Below are positions 47,590 to 56,897 of a stretch of 64,000 bases of DNA, piece by piece; position 1 is the first letter of the stretch; each line of letters begins with the position of its first letter. The translations under genes were made by a program, and so were the position numbers. Under the pieces are notes generated by a model. The model was given only the letters and a program-made list of their open reading frames with translations, was not told where the DNA came from and ran no database searches. This DNA is from an uncultured virus (IMG/VR IMGVR_UViG_3300044608_000562) (taxonomy: Duplodnaviria > Heunggongvirae > Uroviricota > Caudoviricetes), in the IMG/VR virus record IMGVR_UViG_3300044608_000562; one strand, given 5' to 3'.

Positions 47590-48259
47590 GAACAATCTCC
47601 TTGGCTACGTTCATCCATTCTTTCCCATATTCAACATCTACCCAATCCTTGAACCACGGCCCACCTCTGGTGAAGTGAACGGCTTGCGGGTTCGGGCAAT
47701 CATTTTTCGTATGCCACCCTTCCAGATAGTTGTAGGCAATCGGCAGATCGCCTATGCATGCGTCCCACAAGAACCTCAGTTGATGAAGGTACATGCCAGA
47801 CTCACGGTTCACGATCTCGGGGGTGAGCGTCTTAACGTGTAAGTGTTCACAGTTCCACAGGATCATGCTCGACCAATTCTTACGCGGATACTGATGTTGC
47901 ACCGCCCCGTCCATCTTCGTTGACTCTTTCGGCTTGTAGTCGTGCTTCACTACAACCACGCCGTAGTACGGGTTCATGTAGTCCTGCAACGCAGCGACAT
48001 CACCTCGCCAGAAAAAGTCACAGTCCATGAACACCGCCCACCCCTTGTACCCTGCAAGGTGCGGCACGAGGAAACGGGTGAAGGAAAACTCTGTCGATGA
48101 CAACGGGTCATGCTCACGCCAGTACAGGTTCCGTTCGCGCATCTCCTGTTGTTTGATCGGCTGAATCTCAAGCGGCACGGACGTATGCTTGAGCAGAGAG
48201 TGACGGCACACTTGGTACGCGATGTCTTCGCGGCTGTCCCAACCAATAAAGATTTTCAT
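47582..48259 (-). CDS. Glycosyltransferase (GT-A fold, GT8-like)
   Basis: IFIGWDSRE, STEFSFTRFLVP, DxD (MDCD), YPRKNWSS and HFTRGGPW motifs. Confidence 0.85.
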   Translation of the reverse strand: MKIFIGWDSREDIAYQVCRHSLLKHTSVPLEIQPIKQQEMRERNLYWREHDPLSSTEFSFTRFLVPHLAGYKGWAVFMDCDFFWRGDVAALQDYMNPYYGVVVVKHDYKPKESTKMDGAVQHQYPRKNWSSMILWNCEHLHVKTLTPEIVNRESGMYLHQLRFLWDACIGDLPIAYNYLEGWHTKNDCPNPQAVHFTRGGPWFKDWVDVEYGKEWMNVAKEIVHE

Positions 48260-48615
48260 GTCTTCTTGATCCCCTGTGCTAGAGCAAGGAACTTCTCCAA
48301 TTTCTGCACTGTGATTTCCGTGCTGTTTATTCCGAATACGATCCCGGCTTTCTCGGCAAGTTTGATCACGTTATATAACTCGCCGCCTTCCAGAGAACGG
48401 GCGCACTCTTCGCAGTGTGTTTTCTTACGTAGCCTTGGGTAAAGGTTGCAGTAGTCGCAAGTCAGTTCCTTGTCCATCCACTGCCAGCCAAAACATATTC
48501 GCATCATGGCGCGGTGAAATGCGTGGGGTTTGCGGGTTACTCCAAACTGCTGGACACCCTCCGCGCCCGGCAGTAGCCAACGGCCTAGTTCTTTCTTCTG
48601 ATGCACAGATGTCAT
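48256..48615 (-). CDS. Hypothetical Zn-finger protein
   Basis: CxxC...CxxC; SD GGAG. Confidence 0.6.
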   Translation of the reverse strand: MTSVHQKKELGRWLLPGAEGVQQFGVTRKPHAFHRAMMRICFGWQWMDKELTCDYCNLYPRLRKKTHCEECARSLEGGELYNVIKLAEKAGIVFGINSTEITVQKLEKFLALAQGIKKT

Positions 48616-48651
48616 TTGCTTTCTCCCCTCATACTTTCATGTCTTCGCTAA

Positions 48652-48837
48652 TCATGGCTCTTGCACCCATCTTGCGTCTGTACTTTTCAACTGTCTCACC
48701 TCAGTTTCCAGTTCTTCAATGCGAGACACGTACCATCTGATTCGCTCACGCATCTCGCGTATCTCTTGTTGATATTCCGATATGGTATGGGACATACGAT
48801 CCCATTCAACTACCCATTCATCTTCTATATTTTTCAT
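48652..48837 (-). CDS. Small coiled-coil protein
   Basis: ATGA coupling to upstream gene. Confidence 0.6.
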   Translation of the reverse strand: MKNIEDEWVVEWDRMSHTISEYQQEIREMRERIRWYVSRIEELETEVRQLKSTDARWVQEP

Positions 48838-50696
48838 ACACCCTCAAATAGTTTCTTACGGCTTGGCCCCTTGTAATGGACGATCTTCGCATCGTCATGC
48901 TTGTGTTCCGGTAAGCATCCATAAACTGATTCTGGTGCTTCCGCGCATCCGTACTTTTCTGCGTAGATACGCAGTGCTTCTTGATCGCCGTACCATTTCT
49001 TAAATTTCGGCTCTAGGCTGTTGAAGATAGACAGAATGTCTGCCCACACACCACCGTCTCGCGTAGCCACCATGCAACCCACATAAGGGTAAATATCTCC
49101 GATGGACTTGCCCTCGTATTCATCAAAGCGCAGCCCACGTTGCTCTATGTTGAACTTGTCATCGCCGTTGAACGACCGGCGGCAAAACGCAACTTGCGTC
49201 CCGCTCAGTATTTCTTCTACATCAATCTCGCTCTGGATGATCATGTCGGTATCGACATAAATGGCGGGGCGGTCGAGTTTCAGATTGGTGTATGCCATGG
49301 TACGGGCATACATAAGATTGTCGGTATCAATCTCCGTTTCGTAGCGATCAGTGATGCCCATGACATCTGGCGTAGAACTGTCTGTACACATGATTACGTT
49401 AGCGTCGGGGTTGTGCCGCAGCAAAGACTTCACCATCTTCTGTGGATAGGAAATATCCTTGCCCACGTGGAAGAAAACGAAAGTCTGGCGTCGTCCTTGG
49501 CGTTCACCCAACATCACTTCAAGTTCTTCTTGGACTTGGCTCAACTGCAAGTCCCACGGCGCGTTCATGTTCTCGCGTTGGAAGATTTTGACACCGGAGT
49601 ACCAGAGGCTTTCGTTGCCCACACGGTTGTTCCAGTACCAGAGTTTGTTGGCATCAAGAAGTAGAACATCCTTGCCCATCGCCCCTGCCAGATGCACGTT
49701 CGCGCACGAGGGCGAGATGATTACGGTACATATCTCCATGAGCGCAGCGACATTCTCCATGTCGAAAAAGGTATCGATGTGCGTGGTGATGAGACTTGGA
49801 TGAAACCCATCGCCGTCTCTCTGTGAGTCCCCGTACTGAAGATTGATAAACTTCAAATGCGGCTTGTCCAGTATCGGACGGAATGCTTCAAGCGGCACGG
49901 ACTTGTGACCGCCGATGATCGGTGCGGTGCTTGTCCACGTAAGTCCTACAACGAAATCACCTTCGTGGAATCCATACTCTTTACGGAGCATAGCCACGCG
50001 CTCTGGATCGGCCTTGATGTAGCCAAACGTCACGCTCGGCGCGATATCTCGGACTGAGTTAATGAAGTATTTACCCAGAGAGGCAATCGGTATGTGCGAG
50101 TCGTGTTCGCTCATCTTCACTCGTGAGTTGTGCGAGATGAACTTGACGTTCTCAGCCCTGCACCCACGCTGAAAGAGGTTAGCCACGCGCAGGTCGATCA
50201 TCACCGTGATCTCGTCTACTTCCTTGGCTAACTTTTCAATCAAAGACCCGTAAAGAATCTGATCACCGATGCCCTGCTCACACCAGATGATCGGGCGGCG
50301 TAGCCCCTTGCCACGCTCCCACTGCGGGTGCTTGGTGTGGAGTTTGGGAGACTTGAAAGACTTACTTCCCCATCGCCGCTCGTAGCCTTCCCAACCCTTT
50401 TTGAAGTCGCCCATCTGCAGGGCTAGAAGTCCAACAGTCCATCCTGCATCGTCGTTGTGCGGCTCCAGTTGGGTAGCGATTTCAAAATGCTGCCGTGCTA
50501 GTTCCCAACGGTGCATCTCCCAATGGCATCGCCCAATCTGCAACTCGACTGCCGTGAGAATTGGTAGAGTGATGTGTACGTTAGTCAGAAGGCCAATAGC
50601 CTCGTCGTACTTGCCGCTCTCAGCCGTCTCAAAGCCCATCTTGTAAATGGCTTGTGCAAACTCGGCTAGGCTTTTCTGTTTGGTTTCTTCGCTCAC
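48834..50696 (-). CDS. TPR + GT9-like (GT-B) + GT-A glycosyltransferase fusion
   Basis: TPR helices, GW-x-x-YE-x-RW, EQGIGDQI, HLAGAMG; then YVDTD, WYGDQEAL and HYKG. Confidence 0.8.
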   Translation of the reverse strand: MSEETKQKSLAEFAQAIYKMGFETAESGKYDEAIGLLTNVHITLPILTAVELQIGRCHWEMHRWELARQHFEIATQLEPHNDDAGWTVGLLALQMGDFKKGWEGYERRWGSKSFKSPKLHTKHPQWERGKGLRRPIIWCEQGIGDQILYGSLIEKLAKEVDEITVMIDLRVANLFQRGCRAENVKFISHNSRVKMSEHDSHIPIASLGKYFINSVRDIAPSVTFGYIKADPERVAMLRKEYGFHEGDFVVGLTWTSTAPIIGGHKSVPLEAFRPILDKPHLKFINLQYGDSQRDGDGFHPSLITTHIDTFFDMENVAALMEICTVIISPSCANVHLAGAMGKDVLLLDANKLWYWNNRVGNESLWYSGVKIFQRENMNAPWDLQLSQVQEELEVMLGERQGRRQTFVFFHVGKDISYPQKMVKSLLRHNPDANVIMCTDSSTPDVMGITDRYETEIDTDNLMYARTMAYTNLKLDRPAIYVDTDMIIQSEIDVEEILSGTQVAFCRRSFNGDDKFNIEQRGLRFDEYEGKSIGDIYPYVGCMVATRDGGVWADILSIFNSLEPKFKKWYGDQEALRIYAEKYGCAEAPESVYGCLPEHKHDDAKIVHYKGPSRKKLFEGV

Positions 50697-50812
50697 CAGT
50701 AGTCTCTCCCTGTTCCACGCTTCGCTGCCCACTCAGGTGGCGGCACGTGCGCCCATGCTCGTTTACGCTCCCACTTCCACCGTCTCCACATATCAAGCAT
50801 CCACCTAATCAT
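50693..50812 (-). CDS. 39-aa Trp/Arg-rich micro-protein
   Basis: MIRWMLDMWRRWKWERKRAWAHVPPPEWAAKRGTGRDYW; ATGA and GTGA coupling; SD AGGAG. Confidence 0.6.
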   Translation of the reverse strand: MIRWMLDMWRRWKWERKRAWAHVPPPEWAAKRGTGRDYW

Positions 50813-51447
50813 GTTGGCTCCTGCGGTACGATTTGTAAGACAGTAAGCGGTATTGAAATGGCAGTCTTCCTGCCTTCGCGAGGATAGATAAGAACTCTAC
50901 CTACTGACTCTAGCATCATCGCGTTGACGACACCCTTCTCGACTCCTTCAAAATCATCCATGACAAACACGGTTTTCTCGTGAATGATCTTGTTCAGCGG
51001 CTCAACATCCTGCTGACTCAGCCGACCATCAAGATAGATTAAATCCACCTTCGCGCCCTTCTCAGCCATGTCAGAGAACATCTCGTGCGAGGGCTTCTTG
51101 GGGTACTGAAAGATGTTGGGTACATCTAAATTGATATCGTTCGACACATCACAGGTGTAGATGTCCACCATACGATTACAGGCGAGGTTCATCGTCAAAG
51201 TAGACACGCCGATGAACGTGCCGACTTCTGCTATGGCATCGGGCTTGAAGAAACGAACGATGCGGAATAATTCTTCCGCATCACTCATCGGTACAGACCC
51301 AGTGTTGTAGTCAGCGCGGTATCGCAGTTGATTCTGCGCCACTATGATCTTTTCTATATCAGCCCACGGCAGGTCAACGACTTCCTCATCAATGATGCCC
51401 CACACGATCTCGCTCAGTCGCTTACGACCGATCTGTATAGTGTTCAC
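50809..51447 (-). CDS. Class I SAM-dependent methyltransferase
   Basis: AEVGTFIGVST, DLIYLDG and VMDD motifs. Confidence 0.8.
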   Translation of the reverse strand: MNTIQIGRKRLSEIVWGIIDEEVVDLPWADIEKIIVAQNQLRYRADYNTGSVPMSDAEELFRIVRFFKPDAIAEVGTFIGVSTLTMNLACNRMVDIYTCDVSNDINLDVPNIFQYPKKPSHEMFSDMAEKGAKVDLIYLDGRLSQQDVEPLNKIIHEKTVFVMDDFEGVEKGVVNAMMLESVGRVLIYPREGRKTAISIPLTVLQIVPQEPT

Positions 51448-52262
51448 TGGATGGCTCCCTTCAAGTCCTTGAGAACCTTGTTCTGGATGTCGTGGATGTC
51501 GCTGCTCAAGTCACGTACAACGAGTTTGAGATTCCCGAACTTGTGCGGATTGAACGCATGCCACGCCAACGCGACGTAATCCATGTTGGTCAGTCGCTTG
51601 TCTTCTAAGCAACGTCTATACAAGTTAGACACGGAACGTGGCGCTTTTTCAAAATTCCCGTGGATCATGTCGTTATATGCGTAGATGATCGTGGACTTAC
51701 GATCTGGATGAGCCATCAAAGACAAGATGACTCCCGCACGGCAGGACGCCGTACTGACCCGCGCCTTGTTGGTGCTAGTGGCATGCTCGTCAAAGTAGTC
51801 GAGGTACTCACGCGCAAAGTTCTCAGTGACTTCGCTCTGCTCGACCGTGTGGCGGCTAGTGCCATACGGATACAACGCAGTTCTGATGAGCGCACCAATG
51901 ATGGCCTGACGATTGTTTTCTACGCCACGACGAAACGCTAGGGATCGCGCTTTACCTGCATCGTAGTGTGCGAACGCATGCGGCTCGACGTTACGGGCGA
52001 CGAGAAAAGGCAGCGAGACATTCGCCAGTTCAACAGCGTGAAGTCTATGCCACCCGTCGATCAACGCGCCTGTGTTATCGAATGAAATGGTTTGGGCTAC
52101 ATCGGTATCCCATGTGCCATTCTTCATCGCATCGGCATACGTCTGGATCACGCCCTTGAAGTCACGCCCCTTCTGACGAACGTGAACATTGGACAGATAC
52201 TGACGCGCTTTCTTTGCGTCGATGGTCTCGACTTGATAAGTATACTTAACTCTTTTAGACAT
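51444..52262 (-). CDS. ParB/Srx-like N-terminal domain protein
   Basis: YADAMKNG-x-W...LIDGWHRLHA (GxxRxxA patch). Confidence 0.7.
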   Translation of the reverse strand: MSKRVKYTYQVETIDAKKARQYLSNVHVRQKGRDFKGVIQTYADAMKNGTWDTDVAQTISFDNTGALIDGWHRLHAVELANVSLPFLVARNVEPHAFAHYDAGKARSLAFRRGVENNRQAIIGALIRTALYPYGTSRHTVEQSEVTENFAREYLDYFDEHATSTNKARVSTASCRAGVILSLMAHPDRKSTIIYAYNDMIHGNFEKAPRSVSNLYRRCLEDKRLTNMDYVALAWHAFNPHKFGNLKLVVRDLSSDIHDIQNKVLKDLKGAIQ

Positions 52263-52264
52263 GA

Positions 52265-52651
52265 TTAAGCCCTCTCACGGACAGTGATTTCACGGTCAAG
52301 ATAGAACCGTGCTTTCTTTAGGTCTTCAACAGGATCGGTGTGCTTCTTACCTGCACGTACCACGTACTTGACTACGTTGCCTAAGCGGTAGTTCAAATCT
52401 TTGGCTTCGATGAAGTCGAGCGTCTCGACACCACCAGTCGTGTAGTGAAGCGGTTTGTTTACTATGTCGTTCTTGATCTCAGTTATTGCTGCAAGAATTC
52501 TTGACGGTTTGGCCTTGTTCTTGTAGTTACGAATCACAAGTCGCACTAGCGAATCTTTGTAACCCGTTTTTTCTTTGATTTCTTTGACCGACAAACCCGC
52601 AGTAAAATATCTGCGGATCACCTCTGACTTATTAACTTTCTTCCTACTCAT
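52265..52651 (-). CDS. HTH + DUF3310 (SaV-like) protein
   Basis: VNKPLHY...GNVVKYVVRAGKK...EDLKKARFYL; N-terminal HTH-like segment. Confidence 0.8.
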   Translation of the reverse strand: MSRKKVNKSEVIRRYFTAGLSVKEIKEKTGYKDSLVRLVIRNYKNKAKPSRILAAITEIKNDIVNKPLHYTTGGVETLDFIEAKDLNYRLGNVVKYVVRAGKKHTDPVEDLKKARFYLDREITVRERA

Positions 52652-52926
52652 TTCATTAACTCCTTCAACTGATTTACGTTTGACTCGTCTATAACTAAGG
52701 CAACTCCACCTGCTTTACGCACATCATCAAGATGCTTTAGTTGCAGCGCAGTCGGTTTGTTGCCATTTGCTTTACACTCTATAGCATAAAACAAGCCTTG
52801 TTTACAAACTAAAAAATCTGGGACACCAGAAGAAAAGAAACCAGTTCCCATCGGCATCGCGTAATACGCTTCCATCTCCATAAGAATTTTCTTTACCTTC
52901 GCTTTGACTTTGGCTTCAGGCGTCAC
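52648..52926 (-). CDS. VRR-NUC nuclease
   Basis: TPEAKVK, GVPD, IECKA and TALQ motifs; GTG start with SD AAGGAG. Confidence 0.85.
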   Translation of the reverse strand: MTPEAKVKAKVKKILMEMEAYYAMPMGTGFFSSGVPDFLVCKQGLFYAIECKANGNKPTALQLKHLDDVRKAGGVALVIDESNVNQLKELMK

Positions 52927-52952
52927 AGTGGCTCCTTCAATAGGAATAGTTA

Positions 52953-53333
52953 CTATTCTGACATTGTCATACCTCCACGTAATTCTTGAAAGAGGGGGGT
53001 GGGTAATACGAGACAGTAGTGCTGCTTGTACCGCCAACCTATGTCGATAAGCACGGGTGGGTAAGCGGCATCGTCGAACATCCACACCATCGCGTAATTT
53101 TCGCTAGGCTGATCTGTGATACTTGTGTGCCTACTACTCTGGTGAATCTTCTCCCAGTCATAGGCGTTGATTAGACCGACTATGACCTTGATCTCATTGG
53201 GTAAAGTGGCATCGGTAAACTCGCGCTTTACGTTTTCATCTAAGAAAATTTTATACAGACCGTCTTCGATGTTCGCGTAAGTGCGATACCCTTCGCCTAT
53301 CTTCAGTGGCGTATAAGTTTTATATACGGACAT
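52953..53333 (-). CDS. Hypothetical protein
   Basis: In-operon ORF abutting upstream gene. Confidence 0.6.
   Translation of the reverse strand: MSVYKTYTPLKIGEGYRTYANIEDGLYKIFLDENVKREFTDATLPNEIKVIVGLINAYDWEKIHQSSRHTSITDQPSENYAMVWMFDDAAYPPVLIDIGWRYKQHYCLVLPTPLFQELRGGMTMSE
52957..52971. promoter_or_regulatory. Palindrome variant TCTGACATTGTCATA
   Basis: One core mismatch; 30 bp upstream of VRR-NUC start. Confidence 0.5.
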
Positions 53334-53334
53334 A

Positions 53335-54444
53335 TCACGCTACGTTCATACTGTTCAGAATGAACATAGGCGATGTCGCTTGGGACTCCTTGCGACACGC
53401 TGCACCGATCTCAGGCCAGAACTTTTTATCTCTCATGTCATCGTCGGTCGGCACAAGGTTGTCGCAGCCGATGTGTGCCTTGAGCATGACGAGTTGTATT
53501 TCTAATTCTTTCCGCAAGTCGCTCGGCAAATCTTGCAGGCTCTTGTACCACCGCAACGGCATAGAGAACCCTACCTCTGGCATGTACGCGAAATTGGTTG
53601 CGTAGGGCAGATTCGACCCGTCACGGTACATATCAAGTGCAGCGGAAATCGGCACGGTGTTGGTCTTGCCCACGATCACGCCGCCACGTATCTGCGGAAA
53701 GAAAACGATCTTCTCGCCTTCAAGCATGGATCGCACCGTGGCAAGTGCGCTATCAAACTTCTCATCAGACTGCTTCATCGTGGTGTAGAGCGATCTGATC
53801 TTGTCCATCATGTTGAACGGGATGCTGCTCTTGTCGGCGTCACCCATGAACACCTTCAGCAGTGACTGAGAATACTCACGTGGGATGGTGACAGTCGGGC
53901 GACCGCTTAGACTACTGCCGTATGTATTATCCATAGCGTTATCAAGAATGCTACGCACGTGATCGCTCAGTGCTTGCTCAACAGTCAACACTGCACTGCA
54001 TATTGAATGATGAACATCATGGCGACCCTTCGCCATTTTTTGCACGGCATAACGCTGCGTGTTGGTGCATAACTTCTCACCACCAAACCCGTACCTGTTG
54101 GTATCACGGAAGTTGTTATTAACGGCTTGAATGGTGAACGCAGTCTCGTCGTCACTACGCTCGTCTTTCGGTCGCGGGTCGTACTTGATGTTTGCAACAC
54201 TGAAACCATGCACGGTAGTCAGCGTCATGTAGTGCTGCATATCAAGTTCGCTCCCCCAACTGTGAGTGAGCGGAGCAATAAAGTCTGCGACCCTGACACG
54301 ACCCTCGGTCGCGCCGTAGATAGCGACAGCAATAGGCCATGTCGGAGAACGCACTGCTTCTTTCCGCAGTTTATCGTCATCCATCTTCGTGTTCGGCAGG
54401 AACATCTCGTCGATGTTCACCTTGATTGAATTTCGCTTAGCCAT
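53335..54444 (-). CDS. Hypothetical protein (369 aa)
   Basis: SD GGAGG; long in-operon ORF. Confidence 0.7.
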   Translation of the reverse strand: MAKRNSIKVNIDEMFLPNTKMDDDKLRKEAVRSPTWPIAVAIYGATEGRVRVADFIAPLTHSWGSELDMQHYMTLTTVHGFSVANIKYDPRPKDERSDDETAFTIQAVNNNFRDTNRYGFGGEKLCTNTQRYAVQKMAKGRHDVHHSICSAVLTVEQALSDHVRSILDNAMDNTYGSSLSGRPTVTIPREYSQSLLKVFMGDADKSSIPFNMMDKIRSLYTTMKQSDEKFDSALATVRSMLEGEKIVFFPQIRGGVIVGKTNTVPISAALDMYRDGSNLPYATNFAYMPEVGFSMPLRWYKSLQDLPSDLRKELEIQLVMLKAHIGCDNLVPTDDDMRDKKFWPEIGAACRKESQATSPMFILNSMNVA

Positions 54445-54456
54445 GACAACCTCCAA

Positions 54457-55734
54457 TTAGTTTTCAATAACAATCTTGCGACCAACGGGCGGCTCAAAGT
54501 CCCTGTTGTGACTCGGCGGCAGCAGCCACAACACTGGGCAGTTCAACTCCCATTCGATGTTGTTCTCTACGTAGCCATCCGTGAACACGATCAGGAACTG
54601 TGGATCGACGTTGTTCTTCGTGATGTAGTCACTGACGCAAGACACCCTAGTACCGCCACCGCCCAACGGCTTCAGCAGCGTAGCGATGCCATCGTAGTTA
54701 CCTTCAAACACCTGCTCACCATGCACCATCGTGTCCCACCACAACACGCGCATACGCTCTGGTCTGCACGTTTCACAGATGGACGCGATCTCGCCACCGA
54801 CCATGTTCAGCAGCGAGTCTCCGATGCTGCCCGATGTATCGTTAGCGATGACGCCTTCGTAAATCGTCTCGGACTCCACGTGTGGCAGGAACAAATCATC
54901 AGTGAGGCGGCGTCGATTAAGTTTCGCCCAAGTCAACTCGTCTCGTCCTGCCGTGGCTGCGCTTACAAACTCGCGCAGTTCCTCACGCCAGTCCACCTTG
55001 GGAGCCAACACCTCAGTGATAGCGCGGGGAGTCTTCACGCCAAACCGACCTGCGATAATAGAACCTTGACTGATAGCCTCGTCGATCTCTTTGGACAACT
55101 GATCAGCGGCTTCACCATCCATCGTCTCAGTCGATTCGATGTCATGCTCGTCGAGCGGCTGCATGTCGCTGACACTGTCAGAGTCGGAAGTATTATTAGC
55201 GTTGCCGCCACTCTGACCTTGCTGGCCGGAACCCCCTCCGTTGCCTTGCTGTTTCTGCTCCTGCTCCATGCGCTTAACCAAGTCATCCCATACTTGGCGC
55301 ACAGACCAACCGTGATACTTGGGATCGTATAAGCCACCCTTCGGTAACTTCACCAACTCGGGTGCTTTCTGACTGATCTCCACGATGATGGCGTTGATCA
55401 CAAAGTCCATCGCCACGTTGGCAAGGCGCGGGTTCTGCTTGATCAAATCCCTGTGGCGTGGAATATGCTTCAGCATCACGTGCCCGTTCTCGTGCAGCAC
55501 CAACCCACCCAACTCGGCAAGACTCAACTTTTCGATAAAGTCTTTCCCATAGCGTTTGTTTAGACCATCTGTGTACGCTGTCGGAATTCCGACATCGACA
55601 CTTGATTCACCCATCATGAGAATGCCCGAAAACAAACAAGTCTCAGGGTGCTTCATCAGTCTGATATGCACCTTCTTCAACTTCATTGTCGCCTCGTGCG
55701 TACTCACGGGGATTGTTTCTGCTACTGCGTTCAT
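54457..55734 (-). CDS. HExxH metallopeptidase + vWA domain protein (DUF2201-like)
   Basis: TAYTDG, HENGH, N-x-A-x-D-x-x-IN; MIDAS DTSGS, GGGGT and FTDG. Confidence 0.88.
   Translation of the reverse strand: MNAVAETIPVSTHEATMKLKKVHIRLMKHPETCLFSGILMMGESSVDVGIPTAYTDGLNKRYGKDFIEKLSLAELGGLVLHENGHVMLKHIPRHRDLIKQNPRLANVAMDFVINAIIVEISQKAPELVKLPKGGLYDPKYHGWSVRQVWDDLVKRMEQEQKQQGNGGGSGQQGQSGGNANNTSDSDSVSDMQPLDEHDIESTETMDGEAADQLSKEIDEAISQGSIIAGRFGVKTPRAITEVLAPKVDWREELREFVSAATAGRDELTWAKLNRRRLTDDLFLPHVESETIYEGVIANDTSGSIGDSLLNMVGGEIASICETCRPERMRVLWWDTMVHGEQVFEGNYDGIATLLKPLGGGGTRVSCVSDYITKNNVDPQFLIVFTDGYVENNIEWELNCPVLWLLPPSHNRDFEPPVGRKIVIEN
55168..55182. promoter_or_regulatory. Palindrome GCTGACACTGTCAGA (intragenic)
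   Basis: Perfect core within vWA gene linker. Confidence 0.65.
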
Positions 55735-55760
55735 ACAGCCTCCATTGTTAGTTGTTCAAA

Positions 55761-56849
55761 TCAAGTCAGCAGTTGGTAGTTGCCGTCTTGCAGCCACTTA
55801 GAAATCTCAGCGTTCTTGGATGCAATAGGCGAGAGCCGCTTGCTGCCCATCGCCATCGTGAAGAAGACTGACTGCAACTCCTCAGACTTCGTTCGTCGCA
55901 TGAACTTCATGAACTTGCTCAAATCGTCCTGCGTCTGGATAACGTCGATGGCGTTGAACATCATCATAAAGAGCGCGGCCTGTTTCTCTGGCACTCTGAC
56001 ATTGTCAGGGTCTTTGATAACATCCTCTGCCAACACCACCTCGTCCTTCAGCGCCAACACCGCAGCCAACTGTTTCGCACTCGGTACGCCAATCGAACCT
56101 GCGAGTGCCGCCATCGTCAGCGAATGGCCTAACCTGCCACGGTTCACGATGTCGGGGTCGCAGTTAGCGAGTGATCGCGGGGAGCAAAACTGTTTAGTCC
56201 GATGCACGGGGATAAACACATGCTCGTTGTCCTGTGGAGTAATTCCATCCAAGTAACTCGCCATGACTGACGGCGTCATCTTGACGAACGCTCTCAACTC
56301 CATAGACAACCCTGCGTTAGTCGCCCACACCAACCACTCGTCCACGGTCGGCTTGCGAATGTTCAGCGTTGTGACACGGTTCGATGCGTGCGCTAACAGC
56401 GCGTTGCCAACACCATCTGTTGCAAGATTACCTGTCGCGAACACGATAGAGTCTGGATGCAGCACAAAGTCCATCCACACCTTGTCTAGCGTGAGCCGTG
56501 CGCCAAGTTTCTGTAGCATCTTGTCGCCCTTGTCGTACTCGTCGATCATGATCAACTTGGGCTTGTTAGACTTCGGCTTGAGCAGCGACGATATGTATAC
56601 TTCCAACTCGCCAGTGTCACGGTTCGGCGCACGTAGACCCAACTCACCGTAGTCGATGCACGACCAATCAAGGTACACGTGGTCATAAGCATCACCCAAT
56701 GCTTCAACCAACATCTTGTAGAGCGTCGATTTACCAATCCCCGGCTCACCTTGGAAGTAGTAAGTCTTGCTCTTGCCATTCACCAACAACAACTTGAACG
56801 CCTCGGGGATACTGATGGCGTTGTTAAAGTTAAGAGTTTCTCGTTTCAT
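55761..56849 (-). CDS. MoxR-like AAA+ ATPase
   Basis: GEPGIGKS, MIDE, ATGN and SPRS motifs; adjacent to vWA partner. Confidence 0.88.
   Translation of the reverse strand: MKRETLNFNNAISIPEAFKLLLVNGKSKTYYFQGEPGIGKSTLYKMLVEALGDAYDHVYLDWSCIDYGELGLRAPNRDTGELEVYISSLLKPKSNKPKLIMIDEYDKGDKMLQKLGARLTLDKVWMDFVLHPDSIVFATGNLATDGVGNALLAHASNRVTTLNIRKPTVDEWLVWATNAGLSMELRAFVKMTPSVMASYLDGITPQDNEHVFIPVHRTKQFCSPRSLANCDPDIVNRGRLGHSLTMAALAGSIGVPSAKQLAAVLALKDEVVLAEDVIKDPDNVRVPEKQAALFMMMFNAIDVIQTQDDLSKFMKFMRRTKSEELQSVFFTMAMGSKRLSPIASKNAEISKWLQDGNYQLLT
55995..56009. promoter_or_regulatory. Palindrome TCTGACATTGTCAGG (intragenic)
   Basis: Perfect core within AAA gene. Confidence 0.65.
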
Positions 56850-56882
56850 GACTGATATAGCCTCCGATTGATTACGTACAAA

Positions 56883-56897
56883 TCTGACAGTGTCAGA
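56883..56897. promoter_or_regulatory. Palindrome TCTGACAGTGTCAGA
   Basis: Supplies the TGA stop of 56893-57804; upstream of AAA start. Confidence 0.75.
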
